From positions 135,966,001 through 136,030,000 of the forward strand of contig OZ024740.1 of assembly GCA_964016885.1 (NCBI GenBank): a stretch of DNA of 64,000 nt, given 5' to 3'. Positions 1 through 12,100 of the stretch are shown here, piece after piece. Positions within the stretch are counted from its first letter, which is position 1; every line of letters begins with the position of its first letter. This stretch comes from Eledone cirrhosa. Taxonomy: Eukaryota. Under the pieces are notes generated by a model, which was not told where the DNA came from, did not search any database, and worked only from the letters and a program-made list of their open reading frames with translations. The translations under genes were made by a program, and so were the position numbers.

Positions 1-98
1 ATGACAATTTCTTTTCTTTTACAACCTTGCCACCAGGAAGGTGGCCGGTCAAAAAAATATACTCGAAATTAAGAGAAAGAGATAATACATACATACAT
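1..98 (+). mobile_element. 3' end of R4/Dong-like LINE (family 2) followed by TACA repeats
   Basis: Essentially identical to 3950-4040, the 3' terminus of the REL-endonuclease fragment; runs into TACATACATAC. Confidence 0.8.
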
Positions 99-284
99 GA
101 TGGTTGCATCTTGCTTTCGAGAATTGTCATAAATATATTCTTTTCTCACACACATGTAGCACGAATATGACTTTTTAACCCTGCCGCATTGAAAGAAAAA
201 AAGGATTTTTGGCTGTGGCCAGTCATGCTCATGGAACATAGTGAAAGGTCTTTAGTTCAAGTGATACATACATACATACTTATA

Positions 285-598
285 TACAAGATGGCTGTCC
301 CCTCGTTATCGAGTATGACCATTGCACGATATAACATTATTAATAATTATCAATTAATGCTATCATGCAATGCCTGTGTGTGAAGATCTTTTTTTAAAGT
401 GAGGAAAGACTGTGCACTGAGCCAATCCCACTCTCTGAGCGACAGTAGCTATAACCCGAAAAGAAGAAAAGATCAACATCATCGGTAACTACTGAGCCGC
501 AGGTTTTATGTCGGAGTTGTCCCAGTCTCCTGAGTTGCCTTCTCCTAGAAGAATGCCCTGACAAAGGTTAGGGGTCCTTCACTCCAAGTGGTTTAACC
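285..598 (-). mobile_element. ~310-bp non-autonomous RTE-like element with (TATG)n tail
   Basis: High-identity reverse complement of 43375-43688; minus strand has CTAGGAGAAGGCAACTC (RTE-type 5' motif), a CTCG-ATAA-CGAG hairpin, then a TATG tail. Confidence 0.7.
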
Positions 599-640
599 AG
601 GCCGATTATTTCTATGTTCCCGCGCATATAAATACACATG

Positions 641-734
<94 letters not shown>

Positions 735-769
735 CATACATGTATATACATATTTACACACTTTTAGAT

Positions 770-985
770 GGCCATTGACTCGTATGAGTTCTTCCGCCCT
801 TTGTCAGGTTTTGTCTTTTGTCCTGCAGGGTGTCCAAAATCACCCTCCTCACCAAGTAAACTTGGTGGGGGTTGCTGGTTTAGTCGCCGACGACCCGACC
901 ATGCGATAGGTTGTACTGGGTTTCATGTTACCAGTAGCACTCAAGAGTGACCCGACATACATACATACATACATACATACATACT
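770..985 (+). mobile_element. 3' end of a non-LTR retroelement with (CATA)n tail
   Basis: Second copy inverted at 29347-29522 (shared GGTTTAGTCGCCGACGACCCGA...GGTTGTACT); both end in a CATA array. Confidence 0.65.
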
Positions 986-1049
986 TCCAGTCAGATCTCC
1001 TCATCACAGCGTACGCTCTCCTTCTCACACACGCACACACACAAAATCA

Positions 1050-2165
1050 TATGCTTTCAACTTAGGTGTATTGCTATGTTCGTTTATATCCTCCACATTC
1101 TTCCTCCAATACATTAACCATCTACTCACTCTCGCCTACCTCCAACAACAGCCACTTCTATGCACGTAATAAAACCGCTATCCATATATAACATAGAAAC
1201 CCCAGAAAAAGCCTAGCATGCCACATTGAACAGCAACTTTGAAAACATTCTCCAGTGAAATCATATTAACCATAGCTCCTTCAACAGCACTAAGGCAACA
1301 GTCACTAGACATATCCAGTCCTAGACAAACTGCAACTAAAGTCATCAATATGACTATGAATGCTAAGTTTTGACAATCATTAACGATCATCTCTGGTCAT
1401 CTCTGATGATCTCTGATGATCTCTTCTGGTATAATATTCATAACAGCGGAAACTACTTCTTTCCACTTTAGGACTAGAAACTTCTTCAGCTTTCTATTGT
1501 TGCTAACCTTCTACAAAGTTTAAGTGAGACCAATAATGGGGTCATTCTCCTATACATGGAATGGTGTTATAGCATACAAGCTTCCTAGACTGTACCCCAC
1601 CCCGCCAAAATGTTATCTGATTGATTGGTATGGAATCACTCAACAATGGACTGTAACCTCTCTCTCTCTGTCTCTCTCTCTCTCTCTATTCATCTCCCCG
1701 ATCTCTATATATCTATAGATCTTACCTCATCTCTCACTCTCTATCGCATCCCCTCATCTTCACTCTCTTTGTTTCCCGCTCTCTCACCCTCACACTCTCT
1801 GTTTCCCTCTCTCTCACCTTCACTCTCTTTGTTTCCCTCTCTCTCACCCTCACTCTCTCTGTTTCCCCCTCTCTCCTTGCATTTTTACCGTTCCTAGAAT
1901 CGTCTATCACAGACTTGACTGGTCTTGTGCCACTACAATTCAGACACATACCTCGATCCACTTGCCTCATCAACTCTCATCAGCTATATTGTATTGACCC
2001 TCAACTTAACCACTATAACCAATCATTCCTCCCTAATAACGCCATTCCTCTGGAATTCCCTCCTTCTCTATGTTCTTCCTGCAATCATAGACTTGCAGTT
2101 ATTCAAGAAGAACGTCAGTCACATCATCAGTCTGGGGAAGCAGTGTGAAGGACATAGACACAGCT
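1050..2165 (+). pseudogene. Decayed CR1/Jockey-type LINE 3' ORF2 remnant interrupted by a CT-rich minisatellite
   Basis: Fragments YNQSFLP and FLWNSLLLYVLPAIIDLQLFKKNVSHI resemble LINE ORF2 C-termini; frames are broken. Confidence 0.45.
1655..1880. repeat. CT-rich ~30-bp minisatellite
   Basis: Repeated CTCTCTCACC(C/T)TCACTCTCT(C/T)TGTTTCCC-like units. Confidence 0.8.
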
Positions 2166-2261
2166 CCTTCCCTCAGACAAAACCATTAAAATATGCATGC
2201 ATATATGTATACATACATACATACATACATACATACATACATACATACATACATACATACA

Positions 2262-2780
2262 TAGATAGTCAGTCAACGCGATCAGTCGCATATTTTGGCG
2301 TGGGAGACTTTTCATTAAATTTAAGAAGAATACTATCTCCGACAGTAATTCCACAACTACCAGTCATGTTGAATAAATAGTTATTCTTCTAACTATATCC
2401 ACTGAAGACACCTTTTATTCGAATTCGTAGAGATATCCGACTAAATACATAATTCATTTTACAAGGATTTGCTACATACAGCATGGCTGAACACAACATC
2501 AACAACAACAACATTAGTGGAATATCGAAGAAAAACGAGAAAGGTAAACAAAATTTATTCAGTTGTAGCTACAGATTACACATGCACACATACAACTCAA
2601 AAAATACACATCCACATATACAATAACATCCATACCTACACATGCATGCATGCAGACATGTAGACATATCTACCTAGTTGATCTTGTGTAAATTCCAATG
2701 AGAGAGTCTTGCGTCTATGTTAGAAACCGACTCTCTCTCTATTGGCAAAAATTTGTGAAATTATAAAACCAGAAGAACAT
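2262..2780 (+). mobile_element. Internally deleted (bipartite) non-autonomous R4/Dong derivative in a (TACA)n array
   Basis: 2265-2575 matches the 5' end (28949-28640) and 2576-2780 matches the 3' UTR (25085-24870) of the long element; TACA repeats on both sides. Confidence 0.85.
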
Positions 2781-2810
2781 ACATATATATACAAACATAC
2801 ATACATAATA

Positions 2811-3228
2811 CATGGTGGCTGCCAACTCGTTTTCGAGTACGGCCACTACTTTATATCCATGTAGGAGAACCTCTACCGATGCGCTGAACGAGTGTGACTT
2901 ATTAGTCCAGCCAGCGACTTGAAAACTCTGGTACAAACACTACACTTGTGACAATTATTGACACATAGTGCTGGGCCCATGGTACCATGTGACGACAAGT
3001 GCAGAGAGATCTCCAGATATAAAGCAATGCCTGTGCCGTGAAGCTTTTATAGTGAGCAAAGGCACTGCACAAAGCCAGTCCCACTCTCTTAACCAAGATG
3101 ATATTTACCAAAAAGAAGAACAAGTCAACATCATTGGATACCATCAGGGTTGCAGGTGTTATATCAGAGTTTTCCTTCTCCTAGAATTCTGCCTTGACAA
3201 AGGCTAAGGGGTCATCTCTCCAGGAAAT
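2811..3228 (-). mobile_element. ~420-bp non-autonomous RTE-like element with (TATG)n tail
   Basis: Minus strand has CTAGGAGAAGGAAAACTCTG near the 5' end and CTCG-AAAA-CGAG before the TATG tail; 5'-truncated copy at 29062-29292. Confidence 0.7.
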
Positions 3229-3348
3229 ATAATACATACATACATACATACATACATACATACATACATACATGCATACATGCATACATACATACATACA
3301 TACATACATACATACATACATACATACATACATACATACATACATACA

Positions 3349-4036
3349 TGTAGAGGAGGGCCAGCAGCTGACAATAAATGTAGGCTATGTAAAACAAAGA
3401 TCGAGGATGTAAGCCACATTGTTGCCAGCTGCGAAAGAATGTCATCTCGCTACTACCTCCTCATGAGACACGATGGGATAGCTAGAACCATCTGGAAGGC
3501 ACTTCGGAAAACAAAATTAACAACAAACGAGGAAGAATATATTGAGACAGATGGCACTAAGGAATACTGGTGGAATCTGAAAATAAAAACTGCCACCAAA
3601 TTAAAGCACAACCGGCCTGATATTGTTGTTTGGGACCACACATTGAAAACGTGTTCTGTTGTGGAGATCAGCTGCCCACTTGATGTAAACGTTGTCAGAA
3701 AAATACAGGAGAAGGAGGACATCTACGGACCATTGATGAGGAGTTTACAAATCCAGTATCCAAGATACACCTTTAGCTTCATACCCATCATTATTGGAGC
3801 TACGCGTTATATACCAACCCGTTTGGACCAAAGTATGACTGAACTTGGATTTGCGGACAAAAAGCGCAGCTCCCTAATTCATAGTCTACAAATGGCTGCG
3901 ATAGCTGGCACCTTCAAAATTTTTTCAAAACATTCTTGCGATTCAAGGGATGACAATTTCTTTTCTTTTACAACCTTGCCACCAGGAAGGTGGCCGGTCA
4001 AAAAAAATATACTCGAAATTAAGAGAAAGAGATAAC
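3349..4036 (+). mobile_element. 5'-truncated R4/Dong-clade LINE (family 2): CCHC knuckle plus REL endonuclease
   Basis: ORF contains CRLCKTKIEDVSHIVASC, RHD and HNRPDIVVWD...VVEISCP; TACA arrays at 3232-3348 and 4037-4090. Confidence 0.9.
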
Positions 4037-4134
4037 ATATACATACATACATACATACATACATACATACATACATACATACATACATACAAGTACAAAC
4101 ATTGTATTCTTTCCTTCAGAAAAAAATGTTGGAT

Positions 4135-4485
4135 ACAGTCTGGTCGAAAGTTTAAAATGTTCACTCTGCAATCATAAGGTACCGGACTCGATCCTCCTGC
4201 GTGGCATCTTAGGTAAGTATCATTTACTATAGTCTTAGGTAGATCAAAGACTTACGAGTGAAATTGTGTAGACGGAAACTATCTTGAAGCCAATTAACTT
4301 GACTGTGGTTGTAATTGAAAGGGCCTGTCTTGTCATACATTTTGTCACTCCGAATCTCCCTGAGAATTACATTAAGAAGTGTACGCGTCTGGGGAATACG
4401 CATTCACTTGCACTTTAATTTCACTAGCAAGCTGTTCTGTGATCGAGCAACTGGAATAATCATCGTTGAAACAGACGGAAGTCCA
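4135..4485 (+). mobile_element. Diverged tRNA-derived SINE (family S2)
   Basis: tRNA-like head, GTGGCATCTTAGGTAAGT core-like segment and GTAGACGGAAAC; related copies at ~13230-13560(-), 43915-44060(-), 44400-44680(+), 62575-62700(+). Confidence 0.55.
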
Positions 4486-4967
4486 TTCCGTTCCACAGAG
4501 AAATCGTTTCAGCAAAAGAGAAGAATGCATTTAATATTGCTGAATATCAAACTGCACATGTGCAATGCTTTATAAAGACATTGGTTAAAGCCGTTACTGA
4601 TTACAAAAGCAAACTTCTTCAGATAACATAATATAAGTACATTGTTGAGAACTATGTCTTTGAATTAAGTATCCGATCAATAAGTGAATAACTATCTTCT
4701 GAGTAAAGGAACTTGGTTTGTACGCGGTATTACAGAAAGCCATGTATTACAGTTTAACTGATTCACAGAGAATAATAGTTGTTAAACTAAACTAAAAAAT
4801 TGATCGATTAATGTTATGAAATGATGATGTACTGAAGCTTTATCATAATCGATGAAAGGGAGTTGACATGAAGCACTTGACAAATCGAATCGATCTGCTT
4901 TATCTCATCTTTAATAGATATCTTAGTCATATGTTTATGACGCATACAATTACTTAGACTAATGTTG

Positions 4968-4969
4968 CT

Positions 4970-5028
<59 letters not shown>

Positions 5029-5054
5029 GGTGGTGGTGGGGTGATGACGATGAC

Positions 5055-5088
<34 letters not shown>

Positions 5089-5115
5089 GTGGTGGTGGGG
5101 TGATGACGATGATAG

Positions 5116-5163
<48 letters not shown>

Positions 5164-5337
5164 CGATGATGATGATGATGATGATGATGGTGGTGATGGT
5201 GGTAGTGATAATGATGATGATGGTGATGATAATGATGATGGTGATAGTGATAGTGATGATGATGGCGGCGACGATGACGACGGCTGTGGCGACGATATTG
5301 GTGGTGGAAATTGTGGGGATGATGATGGCGATGGTGC

Positions 5338-5401
<64 letters not shown>

Positions 5402-5558
5402 GTGCTGCTGCTGACGATAAGGATGCTGGTGCTGCTGATGATGATGATGACGAAGATGATGATGCTGTTGATGGTGATGCTGATCATGACGATGACGAAG
5501 ATGATGATGATGATAACGATGATGATGATGATTATGGTGCTGCTGCTGCTGCTGACGA

Positions 5559-5633
<75 letters not shown>

Positions 5634-5635
5634 CG
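4968..5635. repeat. Compound trinucleotide array (GTT/GGT/GAT/GCT)
   Basis: Directly visible; explains the poly-C/W/D/M/I pseudo-ORFs. Confidence 0.95.
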
Positions 5636-5878
5636 GGACTTTTTTTAATTTTTTTATCAATGATCAATGACATTGCAGAAGAAATCTACTGCCTTTGACT
5701 AATCGGTTTTTGTGAAGTGAGAGGAGGGAGTTGTTTTATCTGGAGTAGATTTTAGGAACTAATCCCCTGATTTCCTGTACGTATCTTTGTATGTGTGATT
5801 TAATGCATGTGCGTACGTATATGTGTAAATATGTAAGTATGCATGTATGCGTATATACATATACATAGACACACACAT

Positions 5879-5920
<42 letters not shown>

Positions 5921-5996
5921 CTGTATATATATATATATATATGAGTGTATGATTGCGTTTATGTGTGTATGAATGGATGTATGTTATGCATATATG

Positions 5997-6041
<45 letters not shown>

Positions 6042-6080
6042 TACATATCAAAAATTGTTGCAGTCTCGGTTAAACATACG

Positions 6081-6161
<81 letters not shown>

Positions 6162-6162
<1 letters not shown>

Positions 6163-7151
6163 TAGCTGCAGTACCCAGCGTTGCCTGGGTAGGTAAAATA
6201 ATATCTGGTTTGGTGAAAAGGTATTGATCTTAGCGACTGCTTCTCGATGACTCATCTATGGCCACACACAGGCCATGCGGGGAGGGTGGTGATGACCTCT
6301 ATTACTGAGAAACGCGGGAGACTGACGAATGGGGCATGCTGGTGGAGGGAGGTAATGACCTCTAACATTAAGCCAAATTTCCTCACGCTACTTGATTGGA
6401 AACCGATGAATTCTCAAATACACAACTAAAAACTCAGACGACGTCAGTGGCCATCGTTTTGCTTTGACCATTTATAAGATGTGCAATGATAGGTTCTATC
6501 GTAGTATAAAAGTTGAACCAAATAAATTGATTTATGTGTGAGGTGGAGCCGAAGTTTCGAATTTGAACGAAATCGGTTAAAAAATGTGGGAGCTAGAGCC
6601 GAAAAGGCGGAAATTTGAGCGAAAAGGTGGTATTTTCGAATATTTAAGCGGTTGCCACGCCGTTCCTGAAAAGAAAATCCAAAATGTAAAGCCACTTTAA
6701 GACGTGAAATAATCAGATCTAGCGTAGTGTAAAATTTGAACAAAGTAGATTGATTAATGTGGGAGCTAGAGCCGAAAAAGTGGAAATTTGAGTCTAAAAG
6801 TGGTATTTTTGAATATTTAAGCGGCTGCCACGCCGTCCCTGAACAACAAATGCAAAATATAAAGCCATTACAGGATGTGCCATATTAAATTCTATTTTGC
6901 TTTAAAATTTGAACGAAATCGGTGGCAAAATGTGGGAGCTAGAGCCCAAAATCTTATTTTTCGATACCTAAAAAAAGGTGACCCCCCCCCCCTATCGATT
7001 TTTATCTGCAGAATGACCCCGAAATAAAAAAAACGATCCCCGATGACTAATCTATGAGCCTGTAAAGTTTCATGAAAATCGGTCGTAAGATGTAGGCCCT
7101 TATAGGTAATATACAGACACACACACATACTTAATTTTATATATATACAGA
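6162..7151 (-). mobile_element. Non-autonomous Helitron with ~170-bp internal tandem repeats
   Basis: Minus strand starts A|TCTGTATATAT and ends with hairpin ACCCAG-gcaacg-CTGGGT then CTAG|T; internal repeats at ~6555-6970. Confidence 0.8.
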
Positions 7152-7189
7152 TAATGTAAACATTTCTATAGACCTTTGACTGAAGAATG

Positions 7190-7576
7190 TTCTCACAACT
7201 GACCAATGGGATGAGAGAATGTCCTATGACGCAGAAATCCATTTGTTCTAATTCATATGATTCCAGTTCCTCAGAGAAATAACAACGCAACCAGGAGCTG
7301 GACATATCGGAGTATTGACGGAGTAAAACACACTTCAACAACATGTGTATCTGTCTCTACCACACCAATTCGGAATACCTGAAGATGTCACAGCCAATGA
7401 TGGCTGTCACTGAAATATATATAGCAGTATATCTATAATTTATAATAAACGAAGCCAAATTTTACATATTTGACTTAATTATTTTACATTACTCCGGAGT
7501 AAACAAACCAACCTGCGTACTTCGTCGAGTGCTCCAATCTGCATACTAAGGTGTCAGTAAACAACCAGCATATACT

Positions 7577-7580
<4 letters not shown>
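7190..7580 (+). mobile_element. PLE pseudo-LTR/tail fragment (family C) with hammerhead motif
   Basis: Homologous to 32340-32720; CTGAAGA...GAAA-TATATA-TA at 7373-7428; ends in a TA array. Confidence 0.75.
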
Positions 7581-7627
<47 letters not shown>

Positions 7628-7847
7628 GAAGGATAAAGTTGTATCTGTATAAATACAGAGTGTTTACCCGAGACTGCAGCAATGTGCATATAAATATACA
7701 CATTTTTAATATGTAGACATTTCCCCGCAAATTGAAATAATTGTAATTTTGATGTTTTGATAGATTGACAGGTGAATGAAAGGATAGATAGAAAAAGAGT
7801 TATACAGACAGACAAACTGACGGACAGATAAATAGACAGATAGATAT

Positions 7848-8960
7848 GTTTCTTTTATTTGCCACTAGGGCATCAAAAGTGGGAAAAGTACAAAGGGGGG
7901 AGTTTACACAAAAAGGCGTCCTCAATAAGGAGGAGGCAATAACAAAATATAAAAATAAAATAAGATATAACAAAAAATAAAATTTATAACAAAATCCTCA
8001 ATAGAGAGGAGGCGCCTTGGGGGGTCGCACACACCCCCGAAAAAAGTGTGCAACCCTTTTCCTCAGGAGCACAGAGAGGGGGTGCTCCCTCGTTCCTTCC
8101 TCTTCTCCACCTACAGGCTTATGTAAAGAGAAGGCCCATTCACACGGGCCATTCTCGCCACTTTCACCCACCTTTCATAAAAACGACTGGGGTGCAGCAC
8201 CTCTCTCTCCATCCTGATCCTTCTTCCGAAATGATATCGGAAGAAACGGACCAGTTGTTGGCCAGAGAGAAAGGTGCCTGACCTCAGTCCTTTCAGACGC
8301 GTCCACCATACAACCTCTTTCGCCATGGCTATTACGCACAGAAACACCGCCTCTGCTTCATCTTTGAAGGGGGGAGGCGGCTTGATCATTACAATAGACT
8401 CGGTGGTCAACCGGATCGGTCCCACCCTTGACAGCAGTTCGACATAGCCCCACAGATCGGCTACGCCCGAGCAGTGTACCAATGCGTGTGCAACGGTTTC
8501 CTCGTCGCACACGCATCTGGGACAGATCTTTTTGGCGGGGTCCCTACCCGGGCGCCCGTGTCTGTAGAGCCTTTCTCGAACGGGTAAAGCCCCTCGGTAG
8601 CACTTCCAGGCCAGGGACTTCTGGAAGTTGTCCATAGGTCCCGGGCTGAATGTCCTACCGAACAGGCTGGCCAGTTCGTCCTCCTCCATGTCTAGGGCTT
8701 CTCCGAGGGCGTCGTCGCACCTGCTGCGTACCAGCCCTCTATAGAATGTTGCGGTGGAGTCTCCACTGATAACCGGATCCGCCTGCAAGAGGGCGGTGAA
8801 GGCCTGGGCACACTCGGTGTGCCAGGCGTCCAGTTTTCTCGGTCTTTGCTTGACCCAGGATTGCAGCTCGGTGAGTGAGACGAGTCTGGGAAAGGTTCGT
8901 CTCACAAACGAGGCCCACACCAGTTGACCGGTGAGGAATACGTAGAGGTGCCGTAGCCTT
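7848..8960 (-). mobile_element. 5'-truncated Tx1/L1-clade LINE (ORF2 C-terminus)
   Basis: ORF 8111-8920 with zf-RVT-like CPRCVCDEETVAHALVHC; AATAAA then TATC/TGTC repeats at the 3' end; 5' end abuts (GATA)n. Confidence 0.85.
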
Positions 8961-8976
8961 ATAGATAGATAGATAT

Positions 8977-9042
<66 letters not shown>

Positions 9043-9045
9043 TTA
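8961..9045. repeat. (GATA)n microsatellite between the two Tx1 copies
   Basis: Direct. Confidence 0.95.
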
Positions 9046-12000
9046 GATATTAGCCACAAGGGCGCACAAGAAAAGGGGACAAAACAAAGACATGCCGGGG
9101 ATTTTACATACAATCGCGTAAAAAAATATAAAACAAACAATTATAACAATCGAAATCCCCAATAGGGGGGAAGCACCATAAATGGGTTGATTAATACCCC
9201 GTCGATAGAACAACCCTCAACTTCAGGAGCGTGTTGTTCAAGTGCTCCTTTCTTCCTTTTGCTCTTTTCTTTAACCTACAGGTTTATAAGCAGAGAAGGC
9301 CCAATCACTCGGGCCATTTTCGCTTCATTCACCCACCTTTCAGTAAATTTAATGGGGTGCAGTGCCTCTCTCTCCACTCTGATTCTCCTTCTAAAGTGGT
9401 ACTTAAAGAAGGGAATCAATTGTTGTCCGGAGAGAAAGGCATCTGTCCTCAGTCCTCTCAGTCTCGTCCACCATATAACCTCTGTCACCATAGCCACCGT
9501 ACAGAGGAAAACCGCCTCTCTTTTGTTTTTGTAAGAGGCTGGCAGTTTGATACTTACTATGGACTCGGCAGTCAACTGGATTTGTCCCATACGCGACAGC
9601 AGTTGTTCTGCATAGTTCCACAGGTCGCTTACGCCCGGGCAGTGTACAATGGCGGGCAAGACGGTTTCAATGTCCTGCTCGCATCTTGGACACGTCCTCT
9701 TGGAAGGATCCCTGCCGTGGCGTCCGTACCTGTAGATCTTATCTCGAAAGGGGAGAGCTTCTCGGTAGCACTGCCAGGTCAGGGACCCCTGGAAGTTGTC
9801 CATAAGTCCCGGGCGGAAAGTCCTACCGAACAGACTGGTGAGCTCGTCGTCCTCGACGCCCAGAGTCTCTCCGAGCACGTCGTCGCACTTGTAAAGTACT
9901 AACCCTCTATAGAATGTCGAAGTGGAGTCTCCACTGATTGGTGTGCCCGCTTGACAGAGGACTGTGAGCGCCTGGGCGCATTCAATGTGCCAGGCGCCCA
10001 TCTTCTTCGGTCTTCGCTTGACCCAGGACTGCAGCTCCGTCAGCGAGACAAGTTGTGGGAAGGCCTGTCTCACAAACGGTGCCCACACCGGTTGGTCGGT
10101 GGGAATATCTGGAGATGCCGTAGCCTCAGCGCATGTTTGCGCATCATTAGCCACGGCATGCCTATGTAAAACTCATAGGGTAAACCATCTAGACCGGGTG
10201 ATTTTCGTTTCCCGCAGCGGTCCAGAGCATCCCGTATCTCAGTGGCTGTGATCGGTCTTTCGCAGAACTCGGCGTCCATGCTCGAGAGACGCGGCAGGCC
10301 GTCGAGGTATGAACCAAAGTCCATTGCTCCGTTCGGTGTACCGTCGTTCTGCTTAAACAGTCGCGTAAAGTGCCGCTGAAAGGCCGCACACATCTGCCTG
10401 GGGTCAAGTAGCACGTGTCCGTTTTGGTCTTTCAAAGACCGAATCATGGACTTGTTGCCACTTTTCGCTTCCGCCACTCGGGCCCAGCTAACAGCTTTTG
10501 CTCCCTCGTTTCCTAGAGCACGTGATTTACTTCTGACCACGCATCCTTCGTGTTTCACGTCGAAGAACTGGTCCAGTGCCGTTATCGATGCTAGCACTCT
10601 AGCTGCGTCGCCACTCCTAAGCGCTTATTCTACCTTGGCTACTAGTTCTGTTTCTGACTTGTTTTTCTCTAAAACTAATTCTCTGCTAAACCCTATCGAT
10701 TCTACTCTAATTGATCTCTTGAGAGAGTACCACCATCTATTGTTGACTATGGCTCCCGTCAACTCTTGCTTACCTAATCTACTTATCCGTTCACTGTAGG
10801 CTTTTCGTGCCGGCAACGACACGTTCAGCTTCCAGTACCCGGGTCCTTGTCTATGTATTCTATCACGGTTGACTATGCAGACGACTAGTTTGTGATCTGA
10901 ATAGGCAACCATGTGCATTTGTGGACAGCTTAACATCTTCTTGTCCTTCTCTCTAATGAAATATCTATCTAGATTCGATCTAGATGTCCCGCTGCGGTTT
11001 GCCCACGTCCACTGTGGTGCAGTCGGGAAATCTAGTCGATATCTATCGGCCAGTTGGAATTGGCGGATTAGATTTTTGAGGCTGTTGCACCGCCCTCTAC
11101 TGGGACATGCTCCCACATAGTCCCCCACTAAAAGCAAGGCGCGAGACGTTCCCAGAAAGGACTCTAGACGCTTAAAGAAGTCTGGCCGTGATTGCGATTG
11201 CCCGGTCGAGGCATAAACGGCCACCAGTCTGAAGGCTCCACCTCCAATACTGTTCACGTCTAGGACTACCAGTCTACCCTCCGGGTCCAAGTGTACTTGC
11301 TGTACTTCGAGATCCAGGTTTTTCCGAAACATGACAGTTACTCCCCCTCCACCTCCCGGCTGACAGAGAGATGCGTAGATCTCAAAGTCATTGAAGATGG
11401 GGGTTAGTTGCTGCCTGTTGTGGATCTTGGACTCGGTGATGGCTATTACATCTATACCGTGTGACCTAATGTTGTTTAAAAGTTGGCCCTGGTTTTCAGG
11501 GCATCCCTAGACCACGCACATTCACGCTTCCAACTCGTAAGTCAGCCATGTTAGTGGAGAAGAGTTGGCGAAAAGGACGAAAAGGTGCACTTACCTTTTC
11601 GTTTCCTGGAGATCGGGTTATTCAATCTCCATTTCAGTTCTGGTGGGAGTGTTGAGTGGGGTGGGGAAACATTTCAACAGGACACGGTTTATTGGTTTTT
11701 GGCAGGGGTTGCCAACGTCCTGTGAAAACTGTTCTTTCAATTTCTGATAGGTTTCTATCGAAACCCTTATTAGTTTTAGGTGTTGTTGAGAGTCTGATTT
11801 GACAAAAGTTTTCCCTTCAGTTTCCACTTTGGGGTCCTGTGAGATGACCTCCATCAAATTTTTGTTGTTTGTGTTAATGTATGTGTATTGTTGTTTGTTT
11901 TTTTGTTGTGTTGTTTTGGTTTGTTGTTCATTTTGTAGTTTTCTTTTTATGGTGGGCATTTGTGTTTGGGGTGGTGTTGGCGTTTGTTTTGCTGGTAGGG

Positions 12001-12100
12001 GGGGGGGGGATTGTGGTGGTGTTTGTGTTGTTGTTTGTGTTGGTGGTTGTGTTCGTGTTGGTGATTGTTGTTTTTGTGGCTTTGAAAACATGTTATTTAC
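9046..12100 (-). mobile_element. Tx1/L1-clade LINE: ORF1 remnant, APE endonuclease, RT core deleted, C-terminal zinc knuckle
   Basis: ORF2 starts MADLRVGSVNVRGL (~11549); APE motifs (DPEGRLVVLD, WTW, DR, YSDH); SPGLDGLPYEFY joined directly to GMPWL...LRLRHL; CPRC..ET...IVHC; several frameshifts. Confidence 0.85.

Noticed and set aside
4954-5698. Long poly-I/S/H/M/D ORFs
   Set aside because: Translations of trinucleotide arrays; the same applies to all YI-, VC-, HT- and MYVC-repeat ORFs in the window.
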